A DNA stretch of 64,000 nucleotides from Paragordius varius (Eukaryota; Animalia; Nematomorpha). Under the pieces are notes generated by a model that worked only from the letters and a program-made list of their open reading frames with translations, ran no database searches and had not been told where the DNA came from. Shown here piece after piece: positions 22,565-36,100 of this stretch; the first letter of the stretch is position 1; every line of letters starts with the position of its first letter. The position numbers and the translations under genes were made by a program. The stretch is from contig OZ176051.1 of the NCBI GenBank assembly GCA_964247055.1, positions 4,588,001 through 4,652,000 on the forward strand, read 5' to 3'.

Positions 22565-23210
22565 TAAAGAAAATAAGGTTTAAAAAATAAAATGAAAAAT
22601 TTGGTTAAATTTTAATAATCAAACACTTGTTTTCTATTAGATAAATAAGGTTAAATTTTTACACTTTTCTAACTTTTAGAGTCGTAATTGGGATAGCTGA
22701 TTATCAAATCATATATCCAAAATAAGCTGTTAAAAGGTAGTTAGAATGGATTTTTAATTTATATTTTTACATTTTTAGCCATAAAATACTTATTTGCTTT
22801 ATTGTACAATTTTAATTTTTATAAAAATTTATTGAATGCGTTTAACAGGTTAAAATATGTATGTATGTATGGTTTTTGAATTTGGCCAATATCTTTTAAA
22901 ATATTTTAATATCTCAGGGCTACTACACCCGAAAGGTAATGAAGGGTTACCCTAATTTTATTCTTTAAAACAGTTTAAATAGATGACTTTCCTATATAAA
23001 ATGTTAATTGATTTTTTTGACATGTTTTAGTGGCATGTTGTAAATGTAACCAGAGCGAACACATGGTTAGGCTTATTCCATGAACGATTTGGTGATAATG
23101 TAGTTGTTTACGACACTTTCAACAATACCTTCATTACGTGTCGTATTATAAAGCCTATAAAGTCATTTACGTGTACTCCTAATGACATAATATACAAGTT
23201 TTTAAATTAA
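20222..23210 (+). CDS. Putative secreted Cys-rich protein with a divergent C-type-lectin-like domain (tentative model)
   Basis: Candidate exons 20222-20519 (hydrophobic start, Cys-rich), 21565-21710 (CLEEYMYWPEYSSCFMF..EANKIC), 22918-22935 (18 nt) and 23031-23210 (TWLGL..TC..KSFTC, stop). Phases are compatible. The first junction has a weak donor (GTGAAA). Confidence 0.5.
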
Positions 23211-24892
23211 ATTTACAATAACATTATGAGACTTATATTTTTCCTTTTTTTATATCAATAATATAAAACTATACTCATATGCTATCCTATTAATGTAAAC
23301 AATCTCGTTAAGACCACCCATCCCCTGGGGGGGGGGCTTTAATGGCGGTATGGAAAAATGCAGGGGAACGATCAAATTATGCCAAAAAAGTTTTAGGCAT
23401 CACAAGAGTGGTACAAAATATATCAATTTTGTTAATTTTTAATCCGACATCCAATTCATTAAATCTAATTCAACCAATGTTGAAAATCCAGTTTTGGTGT
23501 AAATCATTCGACTAAAAACAATTACTTTACAATTATTTTAAATAATATTAATTGGACATTTCCGCGAGTTCAAAAGGTAGCGTTAAAGCTTAAATAACTG
23601 ACAATTACCTTTTAAACTTGGCCATCAAAAATTTTTTGACAAAAGCACATAATATATTAAAAAATCGTCATTAGTTTAAAGTATTTTGGTAATTTTGGTT
23701 TAGAGTATTTTAGAAACTATAAATAAAATGAAATAAATTGACAATTGATGATGATATCTGAGATGCAAATTATTTAGCATTCCAAAAATGCACACCAAGA
23801 ATATCTTTGATTTTGATATATCATTGCATTTTTATCGTTATTTTTAAGGCGAGGGGAAATGCACAAAAAACTATTTTTATAAAGTGTGGCTCATGAGAGA
23901 AAAAGAAACCAGTCCATTCATGTGTTGTAAACCTTCCTCAGTGGTATTATGATTACGTATCCCTAGACTTCTCCATTTCCAATAAATTCCAATGAAATAG
24001 CCTTGCGAGATATCACAATTTTAAAAATTATAGATTAACAAATCATAGCGTTAGCGTTACATCCATTTCAAGTAAAATAAAATTCTGTATAAAATGGCGT
24101 GGATTGCCAATAGTCTATTTTTTTTGACAAAATCGACATGTTTTGATTTTATTTGCAATATATATTAAATCGAAAATGTCGAGTGTTGGGTTTGAAACGA
24201 TGGGTGAACGTATTATATCCATACAAATTCGAATTATAGTGTGTAAAAAATATCCGGATCAAATATACATATATTATTAAATATATCTAGGTTATTATAA
24301 AGCTTTTAATATTATCCCTTTGGAATCAAGATTATATATATGTAAACTTTTTTATATAAAATGAAAAAATTTATGCATATTTCGTTAAATATTTTTTTAA
24401 AGGTAGCTAACTTCATTACAAAAATATCACAAATATATCATAAAAAGCAAAACAACAATTTTATAAAATTTTAATTGTTAGTTTGAGCTCGGGTTCTAAA
24501 TCACTCCTTTCTAAAAAACTAGTTCTTAACAAAATATGGCGAGATTCCCAAATAAAAATATTAAATGCATGAATTGACATCATGAACGGTTTTTTCCAAT
24601 AAATGGATGTTTTGCTTAAAAATTTAATTTATAGAGAATGTTGAAGCAAGTTTTATTGTTATTTGAAGGATGGTGGAAAGGACTAAAACATTATGAGATG
24701 TTATAAAAACACTTTTTCTATATAATTTTTTTGGTGAACATTTTCATGTTAAAATTTTAATTTAAACTTTCGTTTACTATCAAATTTGGGTGAATTTTTT
24801 AAAAAGAACAAATTAAATTTAACATTTATATGATGATAACGAATTTTTTTATTTAAAATTCTGAGGTGATAGAAATGTTAAGCTTTATCAAA

Positions 24893-25287
24893 TCTATATA
24901 TTTATAAAAATGGAAAGTGGTGGCTTTATGATCTGTTTCCGGAAAACCTGTAAACCCATTCAAATCCAATTATCAAAAAATATAATTATTAATGAATGCC
25001 CCGGCAATAGCTTCGCTCTTTTTTGCAGGCCCTCAGTTCGGGCCCACCCCGTGTAAAAAACGGGTTTTTTTGAAAACAGAAATCCACAAAAATAATTATT
25101 TGGCATTTTTCGCCCAAGTAAACAATATATTAGTATTAATGCACCATTTTAAAATTTTATAAGATCATGGCTATTAAATAATGTTTCAAAATAATCCACA
25201 TATGTGGATCATTGCATTGTCCCGTTTTTCAAATAGCACCCCCCCCCCTCCCCCCACTCAGAAGTCCGAAGGACTTCCTCGGGCTAG
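24893..25287 (+). mobile_element. Non-autonomous Helitron, short copy
   Basis: A|TCTATATATTTATAAAAATG start, hairpin GAAGTCC-GAA-GGACTTC, CTAG|T end, no TSD, inserted between A and T. Confidence 0.85.
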
Positions 25288-27134
25288 TATATAAAAAATG
25301 ATTAATACCAGAAAGCGTATCAATACCGTTTCTATCATACCTCATTGCTAAAAATTAAATTAACAAAGGCATTTTCAAAAGAGGTTTTTTTGATACCATA
25401 ATCTAGCATATATTAAAAACATTTATCGAAAAATCTCGGTATTTTTGCATTTATTTTAGGGAAAACTAGCCTAAATAATTGACACTTTTCGACTCTTATC
25501 TGAAAACTTATATTTTATAAAAATATAGTTTGGCTCTTTATATGATAATTTTAGTGTTGGTTTTTTGGAATCCAGCACGTAGCTTTAGCTAAATTTATTT
25601 AACATGTTTGTGAATTCGCCATTTGATATGGAGCAATCACCACAAAATCGTAAAATAAGTTTATATCAATGGCAACCAATAATCCAGATACTTTCCCTAT
25701 GAGAATATATATATATATATATTATATATTCCATCATAAAATTTTTATACCAAACGGTCTCAATACAGATTAGCCAAGAATACTCGGGCCACATTTTTCA
25801 ATTAGCTTCTCAGTTTTAACTACAGAGAGTTACAAAAAATCGTACAATTCCGGTAAACTTGTTGGCCCATCGAATAATATTTACTTTTAGGTGACAAACA
25901 TAGTCGGTCTACCTTGTCCATATATAACAAGTGTCTGAGCTATTTCCTAAATCAAGCAAAAATTTTAATCATGCCTCTTTAAGCTGCTGATTGGGGCCCC
26001 GTCATTTGAAAAATACCCAATTGAAAATAACGTGGCTTTGCACATATTTCTCAAGTTATAAGACTTTGTAAAATCAATGATGGTTTTAATTATTCCGTGT
26101 AGGGAAAAAATTCAGTTGAGCGCTTATACTTCTTGGTTGGGCCGATTGTATGTCGTAAAATACGCAGCCATATGAAAGCATGTGGCTTTTAAAGTAGGAT
26201 AAGCTATAAATTTTATAATATTAATTATGGTTTAAGGTGGTTTTCTGTAGAGGAAGAATTTTAGCCCAGCGTTTTTATAAAACTTCGGCTTATATCTTAC
26301 ATTTTGCGGTAAATAAAATGCTGCAGCTTTTATAATATTAATATAAAATATTAAGAAGTTTTGGATCACAATATGATATAGATAAAAAAAAGTCTTAAAT
26401 TTTTACAGTTTTGTAGCACTAAAGTCAAAAATTTAGAGAGCACTTAATCAAATTGAAATAAACATGATAAATTTAAATAATTATTTATTAGATATCATTT
26501 GTCATATAAAAAGTGAATACATTTTTATCAGTTTTTTAACTATTCCAAAAATCATTGATTTTGAATTTTTATTTTTAACATATTTTTTGGTAAAATGCGC
26601 CTAAAAAATTATGGGATGCTATTTTCAAATTTGGCGCGATAGCGAATTTTTAAAATGGCTCTGGGGTAGAATACAATCCCATAGGTAATAATGTTAAAAT
26701 CACCACGTATTAACGTATGGAAGCAGTTTGCTTAAGTTATGAGACTACATATAATAATTAATGCTTTCAGATATTAAACATCAAAAAATATTTAGACCCT
26801 TTAATAGCATGACTTGGAACTTTTTAAAACTTATGAGAATATGCGGATTCAGTATTTCCCATTTAAAAGCAAAAATTTAAAAAAACTTCTCCTAAGTTAA
26901 CTAAGGGTTATGGCCACATCTTGTGTTAAAATAAACATTACTAATATGTATCTAATTATATGATATTGATGACTAAATCTTAGCCATATGAGAATGACTG
27001 GGCATATTAAGTATATAATATTCGAATATTATTTGCGTTGTGTAAATTTCCGAAATAGTCTATTTTATCCTATCTTATTATTTGCTTTTAAAAATTATTT
27101 AATATTTTACGTATGTTTTTTTTTCATTTACTAG

Positions 27135-30100
27135 GGCTGGAGTTCCTTATGGAAAGCAATGCATAATTCAAGACGAATCACATGAATGTGATGGTATCTA
27201 TTACATAGCTTGCCAACATAAAAAATGCAGTTTAGTTTTTCTTCTTTTAGCTTTGACAATAAGAGGGGATAGATTTTATTTTATTTATTTGACAGTTTAA
27301 CACATTCCGTTCGTTACATTTTAGAAAAAACGATAAAAATATTTATTACAAATTCTTTTTATAACAACGGTGGGCAAAAATGAGAAAAATTGATGCATAA
27401 AAATGTTAAAAGGTCCAGGAAAATGAATATCAAAATGATAAATGCGGTTATACTAGGGGAAGAATTACATTGATTTTTTTACTATTAGCCAGAATTATAA
27501 TTTTGCCTTTTCAACGCACACATTAGGTCGCATAAAATAAAAACGATTGAGGCAAAGGCGTCAGCTCAATTTTATTTGTTAATATGTGTTATAAGAACTA
27601 CAAATTATTGATAACGATTTTACATTTATTTCAGAAGGTCCTTGAAATACTTACAAGAATTAAAGATATAAATCGCACTTAAAGGTCAAATTTTTATGAA
27701 AAAAATGATATTATATGGTAAAATAAATTTATTTTTTCTTTTAATTATCATATTTTGACTATATATATTCATTTTACCAATATATTGCAAACATGATTTA
27801 AAGTTTTTCATAAAAAAGAAATCTTTAGATAATTTGCGTTAAAGCGAAAGTACAAAACCATTAATTACATTTCGATGCAGAAGCATTTATTCAGTCAGTT
27901 TTTCAAATAAAGTTTCATACCCAACGGAATCAAAAGCCAAAATGGGATCAAAATATCAATAAAAATTTCATGATATGTGTTTTTCTGCATTAAATTATGC
28001 AGAAAAAGTATTGATAAAATATGTTTACCAGGTTTGGCAAAAATTATAAGTGATTCCGCCTTGGTGCAAATTTAAATGTATCTTTTTTATATCGGGCTTA
28101 TTTTTTTCTACGACTATAAAACTCCATCTGTTGTGAATATATCGCATAATAGCAAATTTTTATTTTGATGTCAAAGTGCCATTCATAGCTATAATTTTAT
28201 ATTCAATGATCTGAGAAAACTGTAAAATTTTTATCTATAGCAGTGGTACTCACCAAAAAAATTTGAAGGGTCAAATAAAATATAATTTTTTTTCGAGGGC
28301 CATGAACCCTATAACAAATATTCCATAGCTACTTGTCACATATACACATACTTATACTCTAAATCAGCACAATGAATTTTTTGCGGATCGCATGTAAATC
28401 CAGCAAACTCGGTTTGCACCATTTAGTTTAAAAAATTGAAATATTCTGATGACAACATTTATTTTGTTATTAACCAATAAATTTTGGCAAATTTGGTTTC
28501 GCCTCATGACAGGCCAATCTTAATACGTCGTCTGATCATAGGTTTAGCGATTTCTGTATGTATTGTTGGCATACTTCATTTTTAAATAAGCCGTCTCTCA
28601 CGTGTATGTTGAGGGAAAAACAGTTAAGATTATTTGGGCACATTTTTTTATATTTTGATATTAATTTGGCACATCTTGACTCTACATATCTATCTTCTCT
28701 ACGATTGTCCTTGAATATCTCCAAATTGGAATCATTTTTAAAATCTACGAATTTTTCAATGATATACGCCTGATTAACCGAAATGCTCAAGTTGCTTAAC
28801 ATTGGATATAATCATATGCCATGATTTTTCAACAAGTTTTAAGCAATTTTTAATATTTCTTAATTCTTGAAATCAAAATTTCTTATTAGATAAAAATGTT
28901 AAAGGATTGTCTTCTATTAAATTAATCTCCGCGGTAAATTCCATATTTTCTTCATGAATCGTTTTATGTGTTGGACAAACCTGAAGTGTTTTATTTTAAA
29001 ATCTTGTTTACATACTATTAATTTTTATTCAAACGCAAATATTTAATATTGGGTTATTATTTTGCTGCCTTAAGGACTTGTATTTAAAATACTAAGTTTA
29101 TAAGTAATGTCGCAAAGATAGGCTGATAAAACCCACCATCTTTCACTATTAATTTCCTCGTCAAACTTTTTGTTTTTTATAATTTGCTAAGGCTTAGCTT
29201 CACAATGGTAAACAAAAGAATATCATCAAATTTACTGTGGATATCAGAAGGTTTTTGAATTTACGGCGGTTGTATTCTCCGTCACGGATGTGGTTAACTA
29301 TATCCACAACCGTTTTAATTACTGAATTGAATGATTCATCTTTTACACGTGAAACTAAGTTTTGCTGATAAATAAGGCAGCGAAAGGATAAAATATTTTG
29401 CAAATTATATTTTTTATTCAGAAAAATAAACCCTTTGTTTATTCCAATCATAGAGTGACTGACAACCATCTGTTCAGATCAAACCCATTTTTTTATAGAA
29501 ATCATTATTATCGAAAAAAGTGCCAATTATTTCGAGAAAATCACTTCCTTTCGTGGTATTATTCATTGGTAAAAATTTTAAATATTTCTGGTTGATTATG
29601 TTGTCGTTGCAAAATCTCACGAAGAGCACATATTGAGGTGTTGAACTAATATCAGTGCTAGAATCAATAGCAATACCAAAATATTTGCAGTTTTTCAGAG
29701 CTAATAATGTATTTTAGAGAATATATTTAGACATATCTTCCGAGTACATGTTGAATCAGAAAGTTGACGTTTTTTAATCTCCCTCATGATTTAATCTTTA
29801 TTATAAAATTTATCAAATAAAAAAATGCAACCAATTATAGGACATTCTTTTTTTAGTTAGGAATCAGCAAACAGTTTCATATTTTTTCCTAAAATATGGC
29901 GAATTTCATACGTAGTTGATGTATTACAGTTTCTTCCTGGGAAAAAGCTATGTACATAATTAATTTTTTTAATTATATTTTTCGTTTCTTTCCTCATGAT
30001 TTTCTGATAATTTATGAAGAAAGATGGATTGTAAAATATCTCTTATTGTATTTTTTTATAATTATGTTCTCCTTATATATATGGCAGGTAACACCATTTT

Positions 30101-33100
30101 TATTTAAAACTACAAAGAATTTTTCTTCCCATTCTTTATTGGAGCGATTTTCATCGGATATATTACGTTTTTAGCATTAGATGTCATCCTTTGAATCTGT
30201 TTAAATATTATGTAAATTTTTTCAAATAATTAAAATATAATTTGAATTATGCTATGAAAAAACAGGTCGAAACTTAATGATGTTGATTTGAAAATTTTAT
30301 AAGAATGAATTATAAAAAATGATTCAGGATAGCAATGAAAACAATATGTATATGAAAGTTTGGGTGAAGGGCTGCTTAAATACAAAAAAAGGAATGCAAT
30401 AAAAATTTCATAATAGAAAAGAAAATAGAATAGAGAAAGAAAAACAACGTGTTCCAAAATTTTGAAATCATTTCGAGAAATTTTTCTACATTTCAATGTG
30501 GGTAAAAATAAAAATTACCAAAATTAAATCTAAGGAAAATAAATAATAATAAGCGAAAATTCGTTTAGTATTTTAAAAGTTAATCAATAAAAAAATAATA
30601 TTAGTATCAATATGATCATAGGGAATTTTTAAAGCACTCTTAGTGCCGCATGCGGATGCGGGCCGCGGTTTGAATACCACTGATCTATAGTGTTTTGCAT
30701 TTAAGATTGTTATGAGACATATTAGATAAAAAATTTGGTTGACGTGTTTTCTCCTATTTTTTTTTAAATTTGACCTAATGTGTGATAAAATGCGATTTTT
30801 TGAATCCGCCTAAATCAGAATAAAAATACCTTTTTACTCTAGTATTTTATCCACATTTATCATTTCTATATTCATCCTGAAGCTTTTTATCAAATGGTAT
30901 ATGCATACGCATTTATTTTTTGGTCCGAACCATGTAACAATATGGTTAAATGCCCGATAATCAATTAAATCTATTCACTTTTATATGTGTCACGACGAAA
31001 AAATTTATAGATCCACTAAAAAATAGTTATTTTGCAAAGTCTGAACTTGTAAAAAACACAATATTATTGATTTTAACTCATTCAAAATATGGGGAGAACA
31101 GGGGTATTTTTGAAAATGTTTGGCAATCATTTTATATCTAAATGGGTCGAGACATTCTTCAAAACCAAATTAATACAAGTTAAAAGAAGACCTTTAGCGA
31201 TAAAAAAAATTAACTAGAAATAATTTGAGTGCGTTTAAGGGTCAACATTAAATTCTTGTAAGAATGTTCTTTTACGAATAATATAGAGTTGCCAGTAAAA
31301 CACAATTGTACACATAATGCGGAATGCCTAAGCTCATTATGCTTAAATGGAACTTGCTCTTGTAAAACTGATGAATGGTTAGGAGATGGAAACGTTTGTC
31401 ACCAAGGTTTTTTTCCATACTATAATAGGGATTTGACCCAAAACTACATGATATTTCCCTGGATCTGTAAGTATAGAAGGAAATACATCTTGTATCTGGT
31501 TAACTTTTTCAGTAACCACCCTGCTTCCGATTAATATTTCTATCAACCCCGGTTTCCTTTTTCTTCTATTGGCGGTTTAATCCCTAATCCTTTAGAATTT
31601 TCCAGTCCAATTTTTTATAAGCCATTAAGATAAGCGTTTATAAACTTCATAACAAAATTTTATATACTTATGGGAAATCGCAAAAATACGATATATTATA
31701 AATGTTAAGGTGTTTAGTATGATAACAACAAGGTCAAACTCCTTCCTAGAATTGATGAACCGATTGTCAGTGTACCGTGAGTTATATAATTGCTATATAT
31801 ATATACTAGCGTAAATCTCGTGCTTCTACCCGAGGAAGTCCTTCGGATTCTGGTGGGGGGGGGGGGGGGGGCTATTTGAAAAAAGGGACAATAAAATGAT
31901 CCATATATGTGGATTGAAACATAACATGATCTCATAGGATTTTCAAAACGGTGCATTCATACTAATATATTGTTTACTGGTGTAAAGCCCAAAATGGAAG
32001 GCTAACGGAAAAAACCGATATAATTTTTACCTTTTTATGGGTAATATTTAAAGCCTTTATTGAATTCGTATCTTAGGTTTTTTTAAAATTAGCTCCAAAG
32101 CCACGCCTTTTTGTATGGCGTCTTAGTTTTAAACCGGTAGACTCCTACCCATAGGCCTATATGGAAAAGCGCTAAGTTAAATTTTTTGCCTTTATAGGGA
32201 GAATATTTGGAGTCGTCTCTGAGACCATCGTCTCATGGGTTATTCAAAAAAATACCTCAACACTAAATAATTGTTATATGATGGCGTATTTTTAGGGCAT
32301 AAAGGCGCCAAATTAACGGCTAATAAAAAAAGGCCTGATCATCTTAATTTTTACCTAGTTACGGGTATATTTCGAACTTTAAATGAGCTCATATGGCATA
32401 AGTTTTAAATTAGTTCCAAAACAACGCAATTTCTATACAGTGGCACAGTTTTTGCCGGGTATCTTCTTACCCTGAGGCAGGTATAAAAAAGCGTCGGTCA
32501 AATTTTTTTTTATATAGGGAATATCTGGAATTATAATGTCCATATGTTCCTATATTGGAAATATTACTCAAAACCAAAAAATTGTTCTATGGCCGCGAAT
32601 TTTTCAGGGCGTAAAACTTTTCTTAGCGACTCATTAAAATAACGTCCTATACTAAAATATTTATTTTTTAAGGTGTTATAAATATTTCCTTATTGAACTT
32701 ACATAGTCTCATATTCTGAAATTTGGGTCCAAAGGCATGATGTATCGATATAGTGACGCATTTTTACGCGGAGGTAGCCCCCTACCAGAGCCTATTTAAC
32801 GGCTAATTTAATCCGCTCCCTAAAATTTTTGACTTTTTACGGGTAATATTTTACGCAGCTATTGAACTCATGTGGCCTGAAAAGTTTTCTGAAATTTAGC
32901 CCCAAAAGCACGCTATTTCGATATGACGGGTCAGATTTTCGCGGGTATCTCCTTACTCGGCAGTCAAAATAAAAAAACGCTCTATTAAAATTTTTGCCTT
33001 TTAACAGGGAATACCTGGGATCCTTATAGAATTTTTACGGTCTTATACTTTGGTGAAAAATAGATTCAAAAAATTATTTTTGTGGACTTGGTTTTTTTTG

Positions 33101-36100
33101 AAAAAAATGGCATTTTTTAGGGGGAGGGGGGGTAAAAAGAGGTAAATTAAAAAAGCGATCCGACTATGTTCAGCGCAATCGAAAATAAGTAAAAAAAATC
33201 ATATTTGAAATCGAATGGTCCAACACGTTTTCGGGAAAATTGCCTCAAAGACACGATTTTTGTTTAAAAAAACGTTTTCATGGGGTGGGCCCGGACTGGG
33301 GACCTAATTCAAAAAAGGGCGAAGCTTTTGTCGGGGCATTCATTAATGATTATATTTTTTCTATATTTGGATTTGAATGGGTTTACCGGTTTTCCGGAAA
33401 CAGATCACAAAGCCACCACTTTCCTTTTTCATAAATATATGAATTATCATGTTATAAATATTTTTACTTTTAATCAGTGTTATTTGATTTGATTATTAGA
33501 TAAGATAGAAAGAAAAAATACCGTAACCTACTTGGAAGATATTTTTATTTTACATGATCTGCGAAGGCTTGTTATTTATGTTGATAATTAGTTTTAAATA
33601 CATGGAACGTAAACAAAAAAAACTAAGCTAAACCAAAAGATGCTTTAAATTAATTAATTGTTTACGAAATTTTTTTGAATGAAACTTATTGAAACAGAAG
33701 CTTTTTAATAATGTATTACAAAGATTTAGCCATTCAATATTTTAAAACTAATAAGCTGCCACTTATTTCTTGAATTTTCCTTTATATGGCATTTAACCAT
33801 TATATTTTTGATTGGATTCAGAGGCCTCTATCATCAACTCTAAATTGATTAAAAATGCCAAATTTAAAAGCGGTGCCCGAAATTTGACACACAACATTTA
33901 TAAAAATCATATTAACAAAAAAAGGTAATTATGATTGATGTGTCTGATACCAAATATCTTAAAATAAATACAACAGAGTTAAAATACTTTTAAGGACAAT
34001 CTATGACCAATATGAAATCCTGATCAAATGCATAAAAAAACAATTTTAAATTAATTTTTTAAAGGTTTATTTGTATGTAGCACAGTTCAATTTTTACTAA
34101 TGCACAATATATTAAAATATGTATATAATTTTACAGGATTACAATTAGATGATGCATGTCAAAATAATATTTCATGTTCCGCTATAAATCTCTTAAGCTA
34201 TTGTCATTCATCCAGAAAAATATGCGTTTGTTCAACAAATGCCTTCAGATCTGTCACCCAATGTCATCAAAGTTAGTTTTACATTACACTTATATATCGA
34301 TTTATAACCAATTATTTATTGGCTGACTTTTCGAATTATTATTAGGAAAGGCGCTTGGAGCAAATTGCAAGTCAAACATAGAATGCATATCGCAATCATG
34401 CCTTGACGAAAAATGCGACTGTCCACAAAATCAATACCGTATTGACGATAACTGTGAAAAAAGTAATGCTTAAAATGAAAGTTTTTTTGATAGATATCTA
34501 ATAATTAACCATATAATATATAATATATACCTCCTTTGAACTTTTGCCTAGAAAAATCTATTTTTGAAAAGTGCGCAGTACACGGGGAATGTACAACACA
34601 AAATTGTAAAAATGGAAAATGTGATTGTCGTCCAGAAACTACGAATATAAACGGGGCATGTATATATGGTAAATAAAAATATATATTTGAGATAAATATC
34701 CATGCTTATTATGCTATAAAATACCCTGTAGTCGAATAAAGAACTTTTTGAATTAAAATTGATTGTAGCGTTACTTACGAGAGACAGATCGATATACTAA
34801 AAATAATTATTCCAAAAATAAAGTACGTTTAAAATCAATATATTTTATTATATGAATTTTAGGTGCGTATGTAAGTACTGATAAGTGTTTACGCAATCAG
34901 GATTGTGTTAAAGGTGCCATATGTGATCCAGAACAAAGTAAATGTAAATGCGAGGACGGATTATATTCAAAAAATGCAAATTGTCATCAAAGTAACAAGC
35001 ATTTTTATATTTTTTTGAACAAATTTCAGATTTCAAAATTTATATTTTATCATTTTTATTAATAGAATTAAATATAAATGCACCTTGCAACATTGATTAT
35101 GAGTGTCAATCAGGATACTGTAATAGCAGAATTTGCACATGTCCAATAACAAAATATGTCTCTGGAATATTTTGCTTATCAGGTACGCATCCCAACTTGT
35201 CAATGATACAAGAGATCAATATAATAAATTATGATATCTTGTTTAGCTAGAGAGCTTTTTTAAATGATTTTACGCTTACTATTTACCATATTGGTGGCCG
35301 AATATATGCCAGTTATGTCCTTTACAATTTTTCTAGGTCCCTGATTTGTTCTTATTCAAATAAATTCATTAATTGAATGAAATTTATCATGTTAAAACCA
35401 TATGAGCCGGTTATTCTGAAAATTTGTGTGATGTTATAAGCAAAAATGCTTAGGCGTATTTTTTATGTTAAAAGCGGCCCATTCACAGCCATGAATATCC
35501 TTAATAAATAAGACCTGTTAAAATATGCCAAATTTTAATTTATTCTTATAAATATACAGTTTTCATCCTTTAAGATTTTTAAAAAAAGGCAAGAAAATGA
35601 CTAAAAAAATTTTAAAGGAACTATGACAGCTTAAACACTCGCCTGGCTAGGTTAGTCTGAACTCTGGCACAAGAGAGACGCACAAGAGTTCAGCGCCCTA
35701 CCTACTATACCATCACGCTAATTGTAAATATGATTATTTTGTTTAAACGACTTTTCAGGAAAAAATTTAAATGATATCTGTACAAAGGACCATGAATGCT
35801 CAACGACAATAAAAGACAGTTTTTGCGAAGATAAGGCATTTTGTAGATGTAAACCAGGATTTCGACATTTTCAACTCGATTGCATTCCTGGTAAGTAATT
35901 TTGGCTTAATGTTTAAACATATTTTGTGTCATTATAGATGAAGCCAATTACAATTGCTATATTTCAATGGGATTAATTTTACAGGAACTCAGTCGTTCAT
36001 ATAAAGATCCCGATAATTATCGAATTCACACTACTCAAATCAAAGAAAAGGTTACAATTTTTAAAACATTTTTTGCCTTTTGTGAGTACGCCTTTTCGGC

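Noticed and set aside
22680-22736. AG...GT-bounded exon-like segment in the lectin-like gene
   Set aside because: It has stop codons in all three frames.
27230-27250. Possible 21-nt intron GTTTAGTTTTTCTTCTTTTAG after the Cys-rich exon
   Set aside because: It is in frame without a stop and the downstream peptide does not continue the Cys module, so splicing here cannot be inferred.
33240-33492. ORFs at 33240, 33280 and 47187
   Set aside because: They lie in the non-coding 5' part of the Helitron family and are not conserved as frames among copies.
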